Shown piece after piece: positions 47,177 through 57,035 of a stretch of 59,889 nt of DNA. Below the pieces are notes generated by a model. It did not search any database and was not told where the DNA came from. It saw only the letters and a list, made by a program, of their open reading frames with translations. The DNA comes from a virus (Duplodnaviria; Caudoviricetes). Numbering within the stretch: position 1 is the first letter of the stretch; every line of letters starts with the position of its first letter. Where the stretch lies: IMG/VR virus record IMGVR_UViG_3300010371_000040, positions 1 through 59,889 of that record; one strand, given 5' to 3'. Position numbers and translations under genes: made by a program.

Positions 47177-50007
47177 TGCTAAAGCGCGCATCAGCCGCGT
47201 TCGCGCTCGCCGCCACGCTGATCTCCACCACTACACCGGCGCAGGTCCAGCCGTCCGGCGGCAACTTCACGCTCGGCCACGGCGTGCGGGTGATGAACTC
47301 GGCCGGAACCGCAATCGGCGACGCCGGCGGCGCGGCGGGCACAACGAGCGGGCAGACGAACTATCTCACCGAGCTCGGCATCACCAACACCGGCACGCCG
47401 CTGTGCATCAACGACGCCTTCACCAACGCTGTCGGCGGCTATCATCAGATGTGCTTCGGCGCCAAGGCGCTCGGCGGCGGTCTGATCTCGTACAATGCCT
47501 ATAACGGCGCGTCGGCGCTCGGCCTGTTCTTCAACATCAACGGCACGACCTACGGCTTCCCGGGGCCAGGCAACGGCAACGTCATGGGCCCGGTGTCGTC
47601 GATCGATGGCGACATGGCCGTCTTCAACGGCACCAGCGGTACGATCATCAAGGACGGCGGTCCGCCGGCAACCTTCGTCGGCACGACCGCCGCGCTTCAG
47701 GCGCTGGCCGTCGCCGGCCGGGGTGGCGGGTACTCGGTCCTGCGCGGCGGCTATTACGTCGTCGGTGATGCGTCCACGGTGCTCTATTCGCTCAGCACCT
47801 CGCCGTGCTCTCTGAATGCGGGCGCGGGAGACGGTGGCTCGCAGGTCGCATCGACCACCGCAGGCTATTGCTGGATTCTCGGATCGGTGACGGCCTATAG
47901 CGTCAAGCAGTGGGGCGCGACAGGCAGCTCCGCGTCGACCACCGGCAACATCACGGCGAGCAGCGGAGCGCTAACCATCGGCTCGGCGTCGGACTTTCAG
48001 AACAAGCAGCAGATCGACATCTTCGGCGCCGGCGCGACCTTCACCGGCGCACAGGCCACGAGCGTCGGTATCGCGACCGGGGGCACGACCGGTTCCACGG
48101 CCTGGTGCGTCCGCATCGTCACCGTCGATAGCCACCTCGCCTATAGCGCCGCGACATCGGAAGTGTGCGACTCGAACGGCATCGCGATGCCGAACACAAC
48201 CAATGCGCCCGATCCGCGGCAGGTTGTGACATACACGGACGGGTCCACCACCGGCGGATCGAACCTGATCTATATCGGACAAACGGGTGCCGAGATTTGC
48301 GCCGGGTCGCAGTCGCATAACAGCCCGTTCCTCGGCACCTGGACATACTACGGCTTGACCCAGGCAACGTGTCCGTCGTGGGCTCCGACCTCTCCGCCGG
48401 CGCAGGCTGGTAAGGGCGTACTCGTGACCACGATCACTGCGGGCGGAGGGACGACGTCGCTCACTGTGTCGCCGACCGCCACGAACACGGCGTCGGGCGC
48501 GGTGGTCAAACATGACGACACGGCCGCGATCCAGGAAGCGCTCGCCAGCGTGCAGAATACCGTATTGCCGGCGGGCAATTACCACATCACCAGCGGCCTC
48601 ACACTTAACCAGTCGGCGGGGCAGAGCCTGTCGGGATGCGGCAGCCAATGCGCCCTCCTGGTGCCAGACGGTATCTACGACGTGGTTTCTCTGCTCCAGA
48701 CGACGGTGCCGGCCACGAGCTTCAGCCAGGAGGTTTCTGACTTCGGAATCACGGCGAGCGGCATGGCCGGCGGCTATTGCATGACGATCAACGGCGCGAA
48801 CCGACCCTATGTCCGCAATATCCAGCCGAATTCCTGCTACAACGACATGCAGATCACCGATTCGTTCATCGGCACGATCTTCCGCTACTGGGCGATCAAC
48901 CAGCGTCGCGGCGACTACGGCTGGTATCTGTGGGGCACCGGCAGCGGCGTGGCGGCGCAGGCGGGCGTCTACGACATATTCGACGTGAACACGTCGTCCT
49001 TCTACCAGGGCGTCGGCATTCGGATTAACGGCAACGTTGCGTCGCTGCGTACGTACAAGTTCGGGATCGAAAGCGGACCCACCTGTATGGTGGCTGACAA
49101 TGCGATCGGCGCCGGGACGCTGCCGACCTATGCCGATATGTACAGCATGGGGTTCAATGCCTGCTTCCTGCACGCGATCTCGCTCACCGCGACGCAGAAC
49201 TACGTATTCTACAAGGCGTATGTGCAACAGAGCGGCCCGGCCAGCGAAGCGGTTTATATCGATCAGACGGCTTCGCAGACGAAGTTCGACAGCAGCACGA
49301 TCACCACCGCAACGGGCGGAAACGGGATTACGAACGGCGGGTTCGCGACCGAGATCGCAAACACGGACATCGTCAGCGGATTGGCTTCGGCGGCGGGCAT
49401 CGAATGCACATCGACCGCCGTCGACATGACGATCAACGGCGGCACCACGCACAACGTTGTCGGGTTGGTTCAATCCACCACGTTGAACTACGGCCTCCTG
49501 CTCGACAGCGGATGCGCCAACTGGCACGCGGATGGCGTGTTCCGGGGCAAGCTCGAAGATACCGCGAACAGGGCCAACAACACCGAGGGGGTGCTGAATG
49601 GCGTGTCGTACCCGGTGCCGAACAGCCATGTAAACGCAGCAGGAGGCCAGTCTCTGACGGTCGCCAGCTTCCCCAACCTGTATCTCGGCACCACGGGCAA
49701 CCAGGCGTTTTTCGACACCACCGGCTATGCCTCGACGCCGACCTATACGACCGACACCGCGGCCAATATCCTCGGCGCGTTTGCATCGCCTTATGTCGGA
49801 CAGCAATTCACGATCATCTGGCGCAACCATTCAAACAACACAGTCACTGTCGCTGGCGGGTCGGGCGTCACAATGTCGGGCACGACCATACCGGCGAGCG
49901 GCGGGACAGGCATGGAGAGCCAAACGCGGCTCGTCGGCACGATCACGAACACCGGATCGCCCGCCCTTACGCTGAAGGTCTGTGCGAACCTCGCCGGAGC
50001 GTGCTGA
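47173..50007 (+). CDS. tail spike with pectate-lyase-like beta-helix
   Basis: SVKQWGATG...DDTAAIQEAL...LPAGNYHIT..L...L.G.G motifs. Confidence 0.75.
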   Translation: MMLKRASAAFALAATLISTTTPAQVQPSGGNFTLGHGVRVMNSAGTAIGDAGGAAGTTSGQTNYLTELGITNTGTPLCINDAFTNAVGGYHQMCFGAKALGGGLISYNAYNGASALGLFFNINGTTYGFPGPGNGNVMGPVSSIDGDMAVFNGTSGTIIKDGGPPATFVGTTAALQALAVAGRGGGYSVLRGGYYVVGDASTVLYSLSTSPCSLNAGAGDGGSQVASTTAGYCWILGSVTAYSVKQWGATGSSASTTGNITASSGALTIGSASDFQNKQQIDIFGAGATFTGAQATSVGIATGGTTGSTAWCVRIVTVDSHLAYSAATSEVCDSNGIAMPNTTNAPDPRQVVTYTDGSTTGGSNLIYIGQTGAEICAGSQSHNSPFLGTWTYYGLTQATCPSWAPTSPPAQAGKGVLVTTITAGGGTTSLTVSPTATNTASGAVVKHDDTAAIQEALASVQNTVLPAGNYHITSGLTLNQSAGQSLSGCGSQCALLVPDGIYDVVSLLQTTVPATSFSQEVSDFGITASGMAGGYCMTINGANRPYVRNIQPNSCYNDMQITDSFIGTIFRYWAINQRRGDYGWYLWGTGSGVAAQAGVYDIFDVNTSSFYQGVGIRINGNVASLRTYKFGIESGPTCMVADNAIGAGTLPTYADMYSMGFNACFLHAISLTATQNYVFYKAYVQQSGPASEAVYIDQTASQTKFDSSTITTATGGNGITNGGFATEIANTDIVSGLASAAGIECTSTAVDMTINGGTTHNVVGLVQSTTLNYGLLLDSGCANWHADGVFRGKLEDTANRANNTEGVLNGVSYPVPNSHVNAAGGQSLTVASFPNLYLGTTGNQAFFDTTGYASTPTYTTDTAANILGAFASPYVGQQFTIIWRNHSNNTVTVAGGSGVTMSGTTIPASGGTGMESQTRLVGTITNTGSPALTLKVCANLAGAC

Positions 50008-50245
50008 CAGCGTGTCGGCGGCGGACGTATCCAGGGCGTTGGGAGCGCCCTTTCAACCACACAGAGGTGTCGGCCTCCATGCGTCCAACCAATAAGCCGG
50101 AGCCCGCCGGCCCGTACGAGCAGCACACGCTATCCGCCCTTGTTTCACGGGCGCAACCCGACTTTGCAGTAGTATTACTATCTGGCGAGGGCCACGGATT
50201 TGTCGCAGATTGGAGACAACCATATCCAGAGCAGCGGGTTAGATA

Positions 50246-50536
50246 ATGAGTACAGGCATATCCAGCCACCGTCAGTCCGATGGAGACTCGCCTGCGGCGG
50301 TTCGCGCCCTGGAGCTCGCGATGGAGGCTAAGACAATCATCCTTCAGCATCAGAAAACGTGCGACGAGGATAGGATCGACCGGCGCCAGCAAATCGCCGA
50401 TCTCCACAAGTCTTTGCTGGCGTCGAAGGAAGAGGTGCAGCGGGTCATCAATCGCGGCATGGCATGGGTCATCTGCATCCTGGTCGCGAGCATGGGCTAC
50501 TTCCTCGTGACATTCGGCCTTCCAGGCCACCACTGA
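50246..50536 (+). CDS. membrane protein (holin/hemolysin XhlA-like)
   Basis: Coiled-coil plus C-terminal TM helix. Confidence 0.5.
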   Translation: MSTGISSHRQSDGDSPAAVRALELAMEAKTIILQHQKTCDEDRIDRRQQIADLHKSLLASKEEVQRVINRGMAWVICILVASMGYFLVTFGLPGHH

Positions 50537-50607
50537 GAAAATCTCGACAAAACGGTGTAGTTGCGGTAAGCGCTTGTTCCTGACATTTGCTCAAGGGAGC
50601 GCGCACC

Positions 50608-51099
50608 GTGGCCGATACGCCCGCAACAGCACCCACCCCGACCGGCCAGACCGCCAAGACCGCCGCTGCGGCCGGTTCGGGCACGGCACTGACGATCATC
50701 CTGCTGTCGATTGGCCTGCACCTCAATATCCACCTCACCGAAGAAGAGGCGGTCGCGTGGACCGGCGCGATTACGGCGGCGGCCGGCTGGATCGGTCACA
50801 GGCTTGAGCGACGCCTGGACGCCAAGCAGCAGGCCGAGCTCGCCGCGCTCGAGACGGACGCCGCGCGCCTGGCGGCAAATCCCGCCGTCCAAGCGATAGT
50901 CTCCGACGCGGTATCGAGGGCGCTGGCGGGTGCAGCCGTTGCCCCCAAGCCGTCGACAGCCACCTCGGCCACTGTGTCGAGCGGCCCCGCGCAGGTCCAG
51001 TCCGGCGCAACCGTCACGCCGTCGAAGCCCGTCCCAATGCCCGGCACGGTGAGCGTGACAAGCGGCACCACGCCGATGTCCTCACACGCCACATCGTAA
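50608..51099 (+). CDS. holin-like membrane protein
   Basis: Two hydrophobic helices near the N-terminus. Confidence 0.5.
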   Translation: MADTPATAPTPTGQTAKTAAAAGSGTALTIILLSIGLHLNIHLTEEEAVAWTGAITAAAGWIGHRLERRLDAKQQAELAALETDAARLAANPAVQAIVSDAVSRALAGAAVAPKPSTATSATVSSGPAQVQSGATVTPSKPVPMPGTVSVTSGTTPMSSHATS

Positions 51100-51112
51100 G
51101 GATCACTACACC

Positions 51113-51328
51113 ATGAAAAAGCGCCACCAACACCAGCGTACCGATGTCCCGCTTATCGGGCTCCTACCGCGAAACCCAAAGCCTCGCGGCTATCGCTCTG
51201 CTCGGATCGGAACTCAGAACCGCCGGATCATCGCGCGTCGCGAATGGGAGGTCGATCAGGGGAACGGCAGCGTGATGCGGGAGTTCACCTTCCACGCCAC
51301 CAAGGGCTATCGGTCGGCCCGCATCTGA
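51113..51328 (+). CDS. basic hypothetical protein
   Basis: FHATKGYR ending; GYRSARI occurs twice. Confidence 0.5.
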   Translation: MKKRHQHQRTDVPLIGLLPRNPKPRGYRSARIGTQNRRIIARREWEVDQGNGSVMREFTFHATKGYRSARI

Positions 51329-51343
51329 ACAGGGAGAATACCC

Positions 51344-51730
51344 ATGAAAATTCGCCATCGCACTCCGAGGCAGAGGGCGCTCTTGTATAAGGTCGCCGCT
51401 GTCCAGGTCATTCTGGCCGCTCTCTCCGGCTGCACCTCGGCCCAAATCGCATCCGGCGTCGCCACCGCAAGCAAGTATCAGCAGGACGTGCAGAACGCCT
51501 GCGCCATCGCATCGGCCAGCGCCAACAACCCGGCGGCCGTGCTGCTCGGTGCGAGCGTCCCGGCGGTCGCCCAGGCGGTCAATCTGGTGAAGGCGTCGTG
51601 CTCGACCGAAGAAGCGGTTGCGTCGCTCGTACTGTCGCCAACGTCGGTGGCGTGGCTCGGAACGCTGAACACGACCATCACCAGCAAAGGCAAGACGGTA
51701 CTGCCGCCGCCGGTCGCACCGACGTCGTGA
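51344..51730 (+). CDS. lipoprotein (possible spanin)
   Basis: Lipobox LSGC after a hydrophobic stretch. Confidence 0.6.
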   Translation: MKIRHRTPRQRALLYKVAAVQVILAALSGCTSAQIASGVATASKYQQDVQNACAIASASANNPAAVLLGASVPAVAQAVNLVKASCSTEEAVASLVLSPTSVAWLGTLNTTITSKGKTVLPPPVAPTS

Positions 51731-52239
51731 GCGCTCTAGCCCGCATCATCCCGCGCCTCGCCTGCCTGCTGGAGGACGAACTCCTGCAGGTCGAGCAGAT
51801 GCTACGGGATCATCGGCACACGCGGCGGGTTCGTGCTACAAGCGTGCGTCTCTCTGGTCTTCATTTCATCAACGCAAACGGAGATTTCCAAATGCCACAG
51901 CAGCAGCTTATCGTCGGCACTCCCTACACCGCCGCACTCGTCTTTACCGATGCCGAGGGCAACACCGGCGTCGGCCCCATCGGTTCCGTCACCGCGTCCG
52001 ATCATGTCGTCACGGCGTCCTTGTCGGCCGACGGTCAGCACCTGAATGTCATCGCGACTGCGGCACCGTCCGGCCCCGTCACGATCACCTGGCACGACCC
52101 GAGCGGATCGATCGCCGACACGGATCTGGTCGAGATCACCGCGGAAGGCACGGGCGATGGGACGGGTGGTCAGACGGGCGGATTTCTTGCCACGTCGGTG
52201 GCGCTGTCCGGTGATCTGGTCGAGGGCACGTCCGCCTGA
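51727..52239 (+). CDS. Ig-like hypothetical protein (alternative start 51892)
   Basis: Beta-rich C-terminal part; GGAG before ATG 51892. Confidence 0.55.
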   Translation: MSALARIIPRLACLLEDELLQVEQMLRDHRHTRRVRATSVRLSGLHFINANGDFQMPQQQLIVGTPYTAALVFTDAEGNTGVGPIGSVTASDHVVTASLSADGQHLNVIATAAPSGPVTITWHDPSGSIADTDLVEITAEGTGDGTGGQTGGFLATSVALSGDLVEGTSA

Positions 52240-52265
52240 TCGGCGGCGGGAATAGAAAGGTATCG

Positions 52266-52297
52266 AGGCCGGCGCCTACGGGTTGCCGGCCTTTTTC
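52266..52297 (+). terminator. rho-independent terminator where the two arms converge
   Basis: AGGCCGGC...GCCGGCCT followed by a T-run. Confidence 0.8.
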
Positions 52298-52309
52298 TTG
52301 CGCGCCTTC

Positions 52310-52786
52310 TCAATCTTTCTTTGGAAAATCTTCCGGGCTCAGCGTCTCGTCCTCATATAACGCCTGCTCAGCCCCATCTCTCGTCAGCACGAATAGCCAA
52401 TCGCCGCCGAAGGTCGCTCGATTGTCGATTCGAACAGCGAGACCTTTCTTGCACATATCCATCCACGCGCCGTAATCGCCATGGCTTTCACCGGCAACGA
52501 ACCTATTCCGATAGCTCTCTTTGCGTTTGCCGTCTAAGCCAAGTGCATGACGCGCAAGAGAAACCTCAGCGAAATAAAGCTGGCTGTGCTTCCAGCAGAA
52601 TGCCCGGCTCCCGGCGAAAAGCTCGCTATCCCGCATCGGGCAGCTAAAATCACAGTGTTCGGTTCCAGCCATCATGCATTGGCCGCCGTCCATCAGGCCG
52701 CACTCATCCATGAGGTCGTCGTCTTCGTCGCGGTCGAAGTCGTCGGAATCGTAGTCATCGTCGAACCACCCGCGCTGCTCAGACAT
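52310..52786 (-). CDS. hypothetical protein
   Basis: GGAGG RBS; RHALGL...YRNRFV motif. Confidence 0.65.
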   Translation of the reverse strand: MSEQRGWFDDDYDSDDFDRDEDDDLMDECGLMDGGQCMMAGTEHCDFSCPMRDSELFAGSRAFCWKHSQLYFAEVSLARHALGLDGKRKESYRNRFVAGESHGDYGAWMDMCKKGLAVRIDNRATFGGDWLFVLTRDGAEQALYEDETLSPEDFPKKD

Positions 52787-54044
52787 TCAGTCCTCCCGCC
52801 GGCTTGCGGATCTCGGCATTCACCGCCGCGACCGCCTCCGCCAGCCCCACCACAGCACCGATCAGCGGCTTGTTCGCCTGATCGAACGCCAGCATTTCGC
52901 GCGCCTTCCCGTCGGCAAACATCGGCGCGACGATCGCCCGGTAGCGGAGCAGATATTCCCCCTCGCTTTCGAACTTTTCCTCGCCGGTCGGGGTCATCAG
53001 CCGGTAGATCGCGTCCTCGTCGGAGGGTGCGGGCTCGGATTGCCCCGCCGCTGCGTCAATGGCCTCTCGGATATCGAGGCGCATCCGCTTCACCGTATCG
53101 GGATGCTTCTCGGCGATCCGGTCGAACACCTCGCGGTTGCGGTCCAAGAATGCGGTCAGCGCCGGGGCACTTGCGCCGCCGCCCAACCGCTTGCGTATCT
53201 GGTATGCCCAGTTCTCCTCGTTCTCCAGATCGCGCGTCACGCCATCGCCGAAAATCGCTTCCCACTTCGTTTGATCGCGCAGGGAGAACGCCTCCGACGG
53301 AGGCGGCTGCGTTGCGCTGACCGGATGAACTTCGGCGTCAACGATCAGCGCTTGGTCCTCAGCGCGGATGTATGCAGGACTTCCCTGGTCGACGGCGTCG
53401 TCGAGCGCCACAGCCAACTGCAGAAGGTCGATCGGGCACGACTTTGACAGTCGGCGCTTAACCGTCTTCTTCGCCATCTCGACGAAATCGGTGTTCCACG
53501 GCGTATCGGCGCGCTTCGTCTTCGACCGCGCCTTGATCCGCATGATCTCGTCCAGGCCCATCGCATCGACCAGCGGCGGGAACATCTTGCTTTCGAGGGT
53601 GGCGTAGGCGGCGATGATCTTCGTCTTGTCCGGCTGGCGCTTGCTGAAGTCGGGCCAGACCTTCGCATAGCCGCCGGTGCCGAGCATGATCTCGTACCGC
53701 TCGCCTTCGTAGATCGCATTGCCGCCGAGCAGGAAACCAGATCGGGCGGCGATGGTGCCGTACCCCTTCACGCCGGTGACGAATTGCGCCTCGCTGCCGT
53801 AGGGAATGATGAAACCCTGACCGGTCGGCCCATCGCATAGCAGGCCGAGCGTGCAGGCCGTGAAGGCCGCGCGCTGGAGTGAAACTGCGGTGCATTCCCG
53901 AAGCTTATATTCGCGCTCGCAGGCAATCATGATCGACTGCATCACGCGCTTGACCGGCAGATTGGCGTTCGCCGGGATGGCCTCGGCCATGCGCGGCACC
54001 AGCGGCTTGAAGTGGTTCTCAATGACGACGAGTTCAGCAGCCAT
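52779..54044 (-). CDS. recT: RecT-family single-strand annealing protein
   Basis: GL...GQGFIIPYG..AQF..G.KG....ARSG; PWNTDFVEMAKKTVKRRLSK..P. Confidence 0.88.
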   Translation of the reverse strand: MAAELVVIENHFKPLVPRMAEAIPANANLPVKRVMQSIMIACEREYKLRECTAVSLQRAAFTACTLGLLCDGPTGQGFIIPYGSEAQFVTGVKGYGTIAARSGFLLGGNAIYEGERYEIMLGTGGYAKVWPDFSKRQPDKTKIIAAYATLESKMFPPLVDAMGLDEIMRIKARSKTKRADTPWNTDFVEMAKKTVKRRLSKSCPIDLLQLAVALDDAVDQGSPAYIRAEDQALIVDAEVHPVSATQPPPSEAFSLRDQTKWEAIFGDGVTRDLENEENWAYQIRKRLGGGASAPALTAFLDRNREVFDRIAEKHPDTVKRMRLDIREAIDAAAGQSEPAPSDEDAIYRLMTPTGEEKFESEGEYLLRYRAIVAPMFADGKAREMLAFDQANKPLIGAVVGLAEAVAAVNAEIRKPAGGLNV

Positions 54045-54047
54045 GTT

Positions 54048-55022
54048 TCAGATTCCCAGTTCCTGCGGCAAGTCCGGACCGTTGGCCTGGCTGCAATATT
54101 GTGAAAGATCGGTCGGCATATCCTCGACCTTGGCCGTGAGACGCATCTGGACATGCGCCTTTACGACTTGCGTACGCTCCTTGACCTCGACGCGCGAGAT
54201 ATTGAGGCGCCGCCCGTGGAGCAGCATGGAAGCCGCATCGCCGGCCGCAGCCAGCAGCCTGACCTTGATCTCCTCGGCATCCTTTTTTCCGCCCGACTCC
54301 CGCGCCTTGGCGAACTCGTACGCCTCGATCATGAGCGCCAGTTCGATGGCGCGCTTGTCGTCGAAATCGGCTTCGGTCAGCACCTTCTCACGATCGGTGC
54401 GCGGCAGGGCAAAGATCAGCGCGGGGAGCTCAAGCGCACGGCCAAGCACTTCCGGTTCCCGCTTATGCCTCACGTCGTCCAGGAAGCGGGACGCTTCGGC
54501 GGCAATCTGCTGCTGCACCTCGCCGCCGGGTTCGCGCGGATAGAGGCGGAAGTCGTTGCCGCCGACGAGGCAGGCTATCGCGCCCCACTTCGGAATGCCG
54601 AACTCCGGATGCGGCGTCATGAGCTGCACCTGATGCTGAACCTCGACGTGATCGGGTGCCAATGTGTCGGTCCAGGTGTCGCGCCACCGCATCCAGTCGA
54701 CGTTCTTAGCCTCGACGAAGCCAAGGCCGCGCTGCGGGTCCAGAACGTACCCGTCCGGCGTGCAGCCCACCGGCAGAGAGGGGTGGCGGAAGTACACCGC
54801 CTGGTCGTGCGGCAGAACCTCGGCGCGCAGTTCGTCAGCCGCCGCGCGCAGGATCGTGGGTTCGAGGCGCGAGCCCCATTCCATGCGCTCGTTCTCCTCG
54901 GGATCGACATCGAACCCCTCGGCGAAGTGCTGGTACATGGTGAATCGCGTGGCGTAAGGCGAGCGGTTGAGGATAGCCGGCATCTGGCTGGCGGACACGG
55001 TTTGCTTGGTGATGTCAGGCAC
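54048..55022 (-). CDS. YqaJ/lambda-exonuclease family nuclease
   Basis: SASQ..AIL..SPY, MEWG..LEP, TPDG, EAK, QVQHQ. Confidence 0.88.
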   Translation of the reverse strand: MPDITKQTVSASQMPAILNRSPYATRFTMYQHFAEGFDVDPEENERMEWGSRLEPTILRAAADELRAEVLPHDQAVYFRHPSLPVGCTPDGYVLDPQRGLGFVEAKNVDWMRWRDTWTDTLAPDHVEVQHQVQLMTPHPEFGIPKWGAIACLVGGNDFRLYPREPGGEVQQQIAAEASRFLDDVRHKREPEVLGRALELPALIFALPRTDREKVLTEADFDDKRAIELALMIEAYEFAKARESGGKKDAEEIKVRLLAAAGDAASMLLHGRRLNISRVEVKERTQVVKAHVQMRLTAKVEDMPTDLSQYCSQANGPDLPQELGI

Positions 55023-55728
55023 TGGCGTTTCTCCTACGGTCGATTTCCTGTTGGGCGTTCCATTTCAGGTCCGCGTCCATATCGGCTTGGTTCAGCATCC
55101 AGTTGAGAAAGCCGGCCTCGACTTCGTGCCATGGCTTGCCGCGGAACTTGCCGAGCGGACACTTCGGGAGCAGGCGCGGCTCTCGGGACCACGCGACCAT
55201 CTGCTTGGCGGTGATCGTGACCAGCAGCGCCTTGAGCAGATGCGCCGTCACGTAGGCGTCCGGCCCCGCCCGATGCGCCGGCATCGTCTTTTCGTGATCG
55301 GGATCGATTATGCTCTGATCCTGAAGCCAGTACCGCAGCGCGCCGTTGGAATGGCTCGGGGCATGCGGCCAGACGCGAAGGGCGCATTTATAGGTGCAGA
55401 TGATCGGAACCGGCGGCTCGAAAAACTTGACCTCGAACTCGGCATTGTGCGCGGCCAGCACGACCACGCCGTCTTCCTCGATCTGAGCTCGGAAATCTCG
55501 CGGCACGAACGGGCCGGACGTTGCCAAGTCACGGATCGATATGTGATGCGCGGCACGGGCGCCGGGATCGATCGACGTGACGCCGCCGCACAGGCGGGAC
55601 ACCGGGTCGGCGATATTCCAGCCGCCCGCATCCTGCACCATGTCGCACGTGCCGACCTCGATCACCTTGGCTTCGGTCGGCTCCATCGCGCTCGTTTCGA
55701 AGTCGACAATTCGAATAAGTGACATCAT
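55015..55728 (-). CDS. DnaQ-like 3'-5' exonuclease (ExoX-like)
   Basis: DFET, AHNAEFE, AHRAGPDA; C-terminal GKFRG..W.EV...FL.W. Confidence 0.88.
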   Translation of the reverse strand: MMSLIRIVDFETSAMEPTEAKVIEVGTCDMVQDAGGWNIADPVSRLCGGVTSIDPGARAAHHISIRDLATSGPFVPRDFRAQIEEDGVVVLAAHNAEFEVKFFEPPVPIICTYKCALRVWPHAPSHSNGALRYWLQDQSIIDPDHEKTMPAHRAGPDAYVTAHLLKALLVTITAKQMVAWSREPRLLPKCPLGKFRGKPWHEVEAGFLNWMLNQADMDADLKWNAQQEIDRRRNASA

Positions 55729-55964
55729 TCCCCCTTGATTTCCGCCATCGTCGCCAAAGGCTGCGCGTCATTGAACGCATCCGTGAGCGCGTCATGCATC
55801 GCCGGATTGTCGGCCCAAATCTCGCGCGCCCGTTTCAGCGCGTCGGCACAGCGCCGATCTTCCTCGGCCCGCTGATCCTTGGGCAATTGATAATCCCACC
55901 CGGCGCGGCAATAACTCATCTCGCCGAGGCACTTGGTGAATTCGGTGATCAGGCCGGCGCTCAT
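55725..55964 (-). CDS. hypothetical protein
   Basis: Coupled ORF. Confidence 0.55.
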   Translation of the reverse strand: MSAGLITEFTKCLGEMSYCRAGWDYQLPKDQRAEEDRRCADALKRAREIWADNPAMHDALTDAFNDAQPLATMAEIKGE

Positions 55965-56221
55965 TTCCGGCTCTCCGGCGTGAACGGAAACACCATCGGC
56001 GCTGGCCCAGCCAAAGCGGCAAGGCTGGCATAGTGCTTAATGATCTCCGCGTTCGCCTCGATGGCGGCGCGTCGGACGATGACGGCGAGGTCGGCCGAGA
56101 AGCGCGCCCGGTCGCCGACGTTATCGGGCTGCCACCGGTTCGTGAACCACTCAATCTCGCGGGCCAGGACGGCATCGTTTCGCACCGCCTCGTCACGGTT
56201 GCGCGCGTCGGTCGCGTTCAT
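55961..56221 (-). CDS. hypothetical protein
   Basis: GGAGG RBS, coupled. Confidence 0.6.
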   Translation of the reverse strand: MNATDARNRDEAVRNDAVLAREIEWFTNRWQPDNVGDRARFSADLAVIVRRAAIEANAEIIKHYASLAALAGPAPMVFPFTPESRK

Positions 56222-56622
56222 CGGTTTCCTCCATCAGATTGCGCGATTAGGCGAAAAAGGACCGGCCGCGACGGACCCATATCGCCGTCATCGTCATGCA
56301 CCCACCACGATCCGGTCGGCCATTTGCCCTCGTAGTGGCAGCGGTGAATTCCGGTCGATCCAGGCTCGATCACCTCAAATATCGAGCCATCCTTTGGGCA
56401 GTAGATCGCGTCGTTCCAGCCGAGTTCCTTGAGCCGGAGATAGCCGTCGAACATGTGTTTGATCGCTGACTGCACGTCCGGCATCAGGACGGCGCGGACG
56501 GCTTCATGGTCTTTCGCTGCTGCCGAAAGCGCGTCTGCCTCGTCCTTGCGGATCGGCTCGTGGCAGTGGGTGCCGTCCGGATTGCGGAACGTGGCATGGC
56601 CGACAATCGGGTTGTCGCTCAT
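56218..56622 (-). CDS. hypothetical protein
   Basis: LKELGWNDAIYCPKDG..F.VIE.GSTGIH motif. Confidence 0.65.
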   Translation of the reverse strand: MSDNPIVGHATFRNPDGTHCHEPIRKDEADALSAAAKDHEAVRAVLMPDVQSAIKHMFDGYLRLKELGWNDAIYCPKDGSIFEVIEPGSTGIHRCHYEGKWPTGSWWVHDDDGDMGPSRPVLFRLIAQSDGGNR

Positions 56623-57035
56623 CTCTCTACACCGCTGATCTGATTGACCGACCGCGCACGCGTCGGTAAGAATTGGGGCGCACCGAGGGTCGCTAAACCC
56701 CCGGCGCGCAACGGAAGGTCTGTGGTCCCAGTCCCTTCCGGTTTCAGGCCCAAGTCGCGGTTGCGACTTTCCCCGAAATTCATGTGGGACCCGCAGTCAC
56801 GGGCTCCTGCTCCCAAAGCCCGATGTACCACCGGGGAATTCACCCGGCCCGCGCCGTTGGCCGCATGAGGCGGCGGCGCAGACACATCGCCTTGTACCGC
56901 AGTTGCCGGGAAACTTAAATCCCGGGCGGGGCGTCTGGCCGTACGATAATCGGCAGCGATGTTGAAACGGTGGTTGAGCATCATGTCCCTGGAGCTAGGG
57001 TCTCTGTAGTGGAGGCGGGGTCTAGCGGGTGGCGG

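Noticed and set aside
47971-49830. Long antisense ORFs (also 251-1384, 22487-23695, 31496-32575, 39274-40506, 57625-59154)
   Set aside because: Shadow frames opposite well-supported genes in GC-rich DNA
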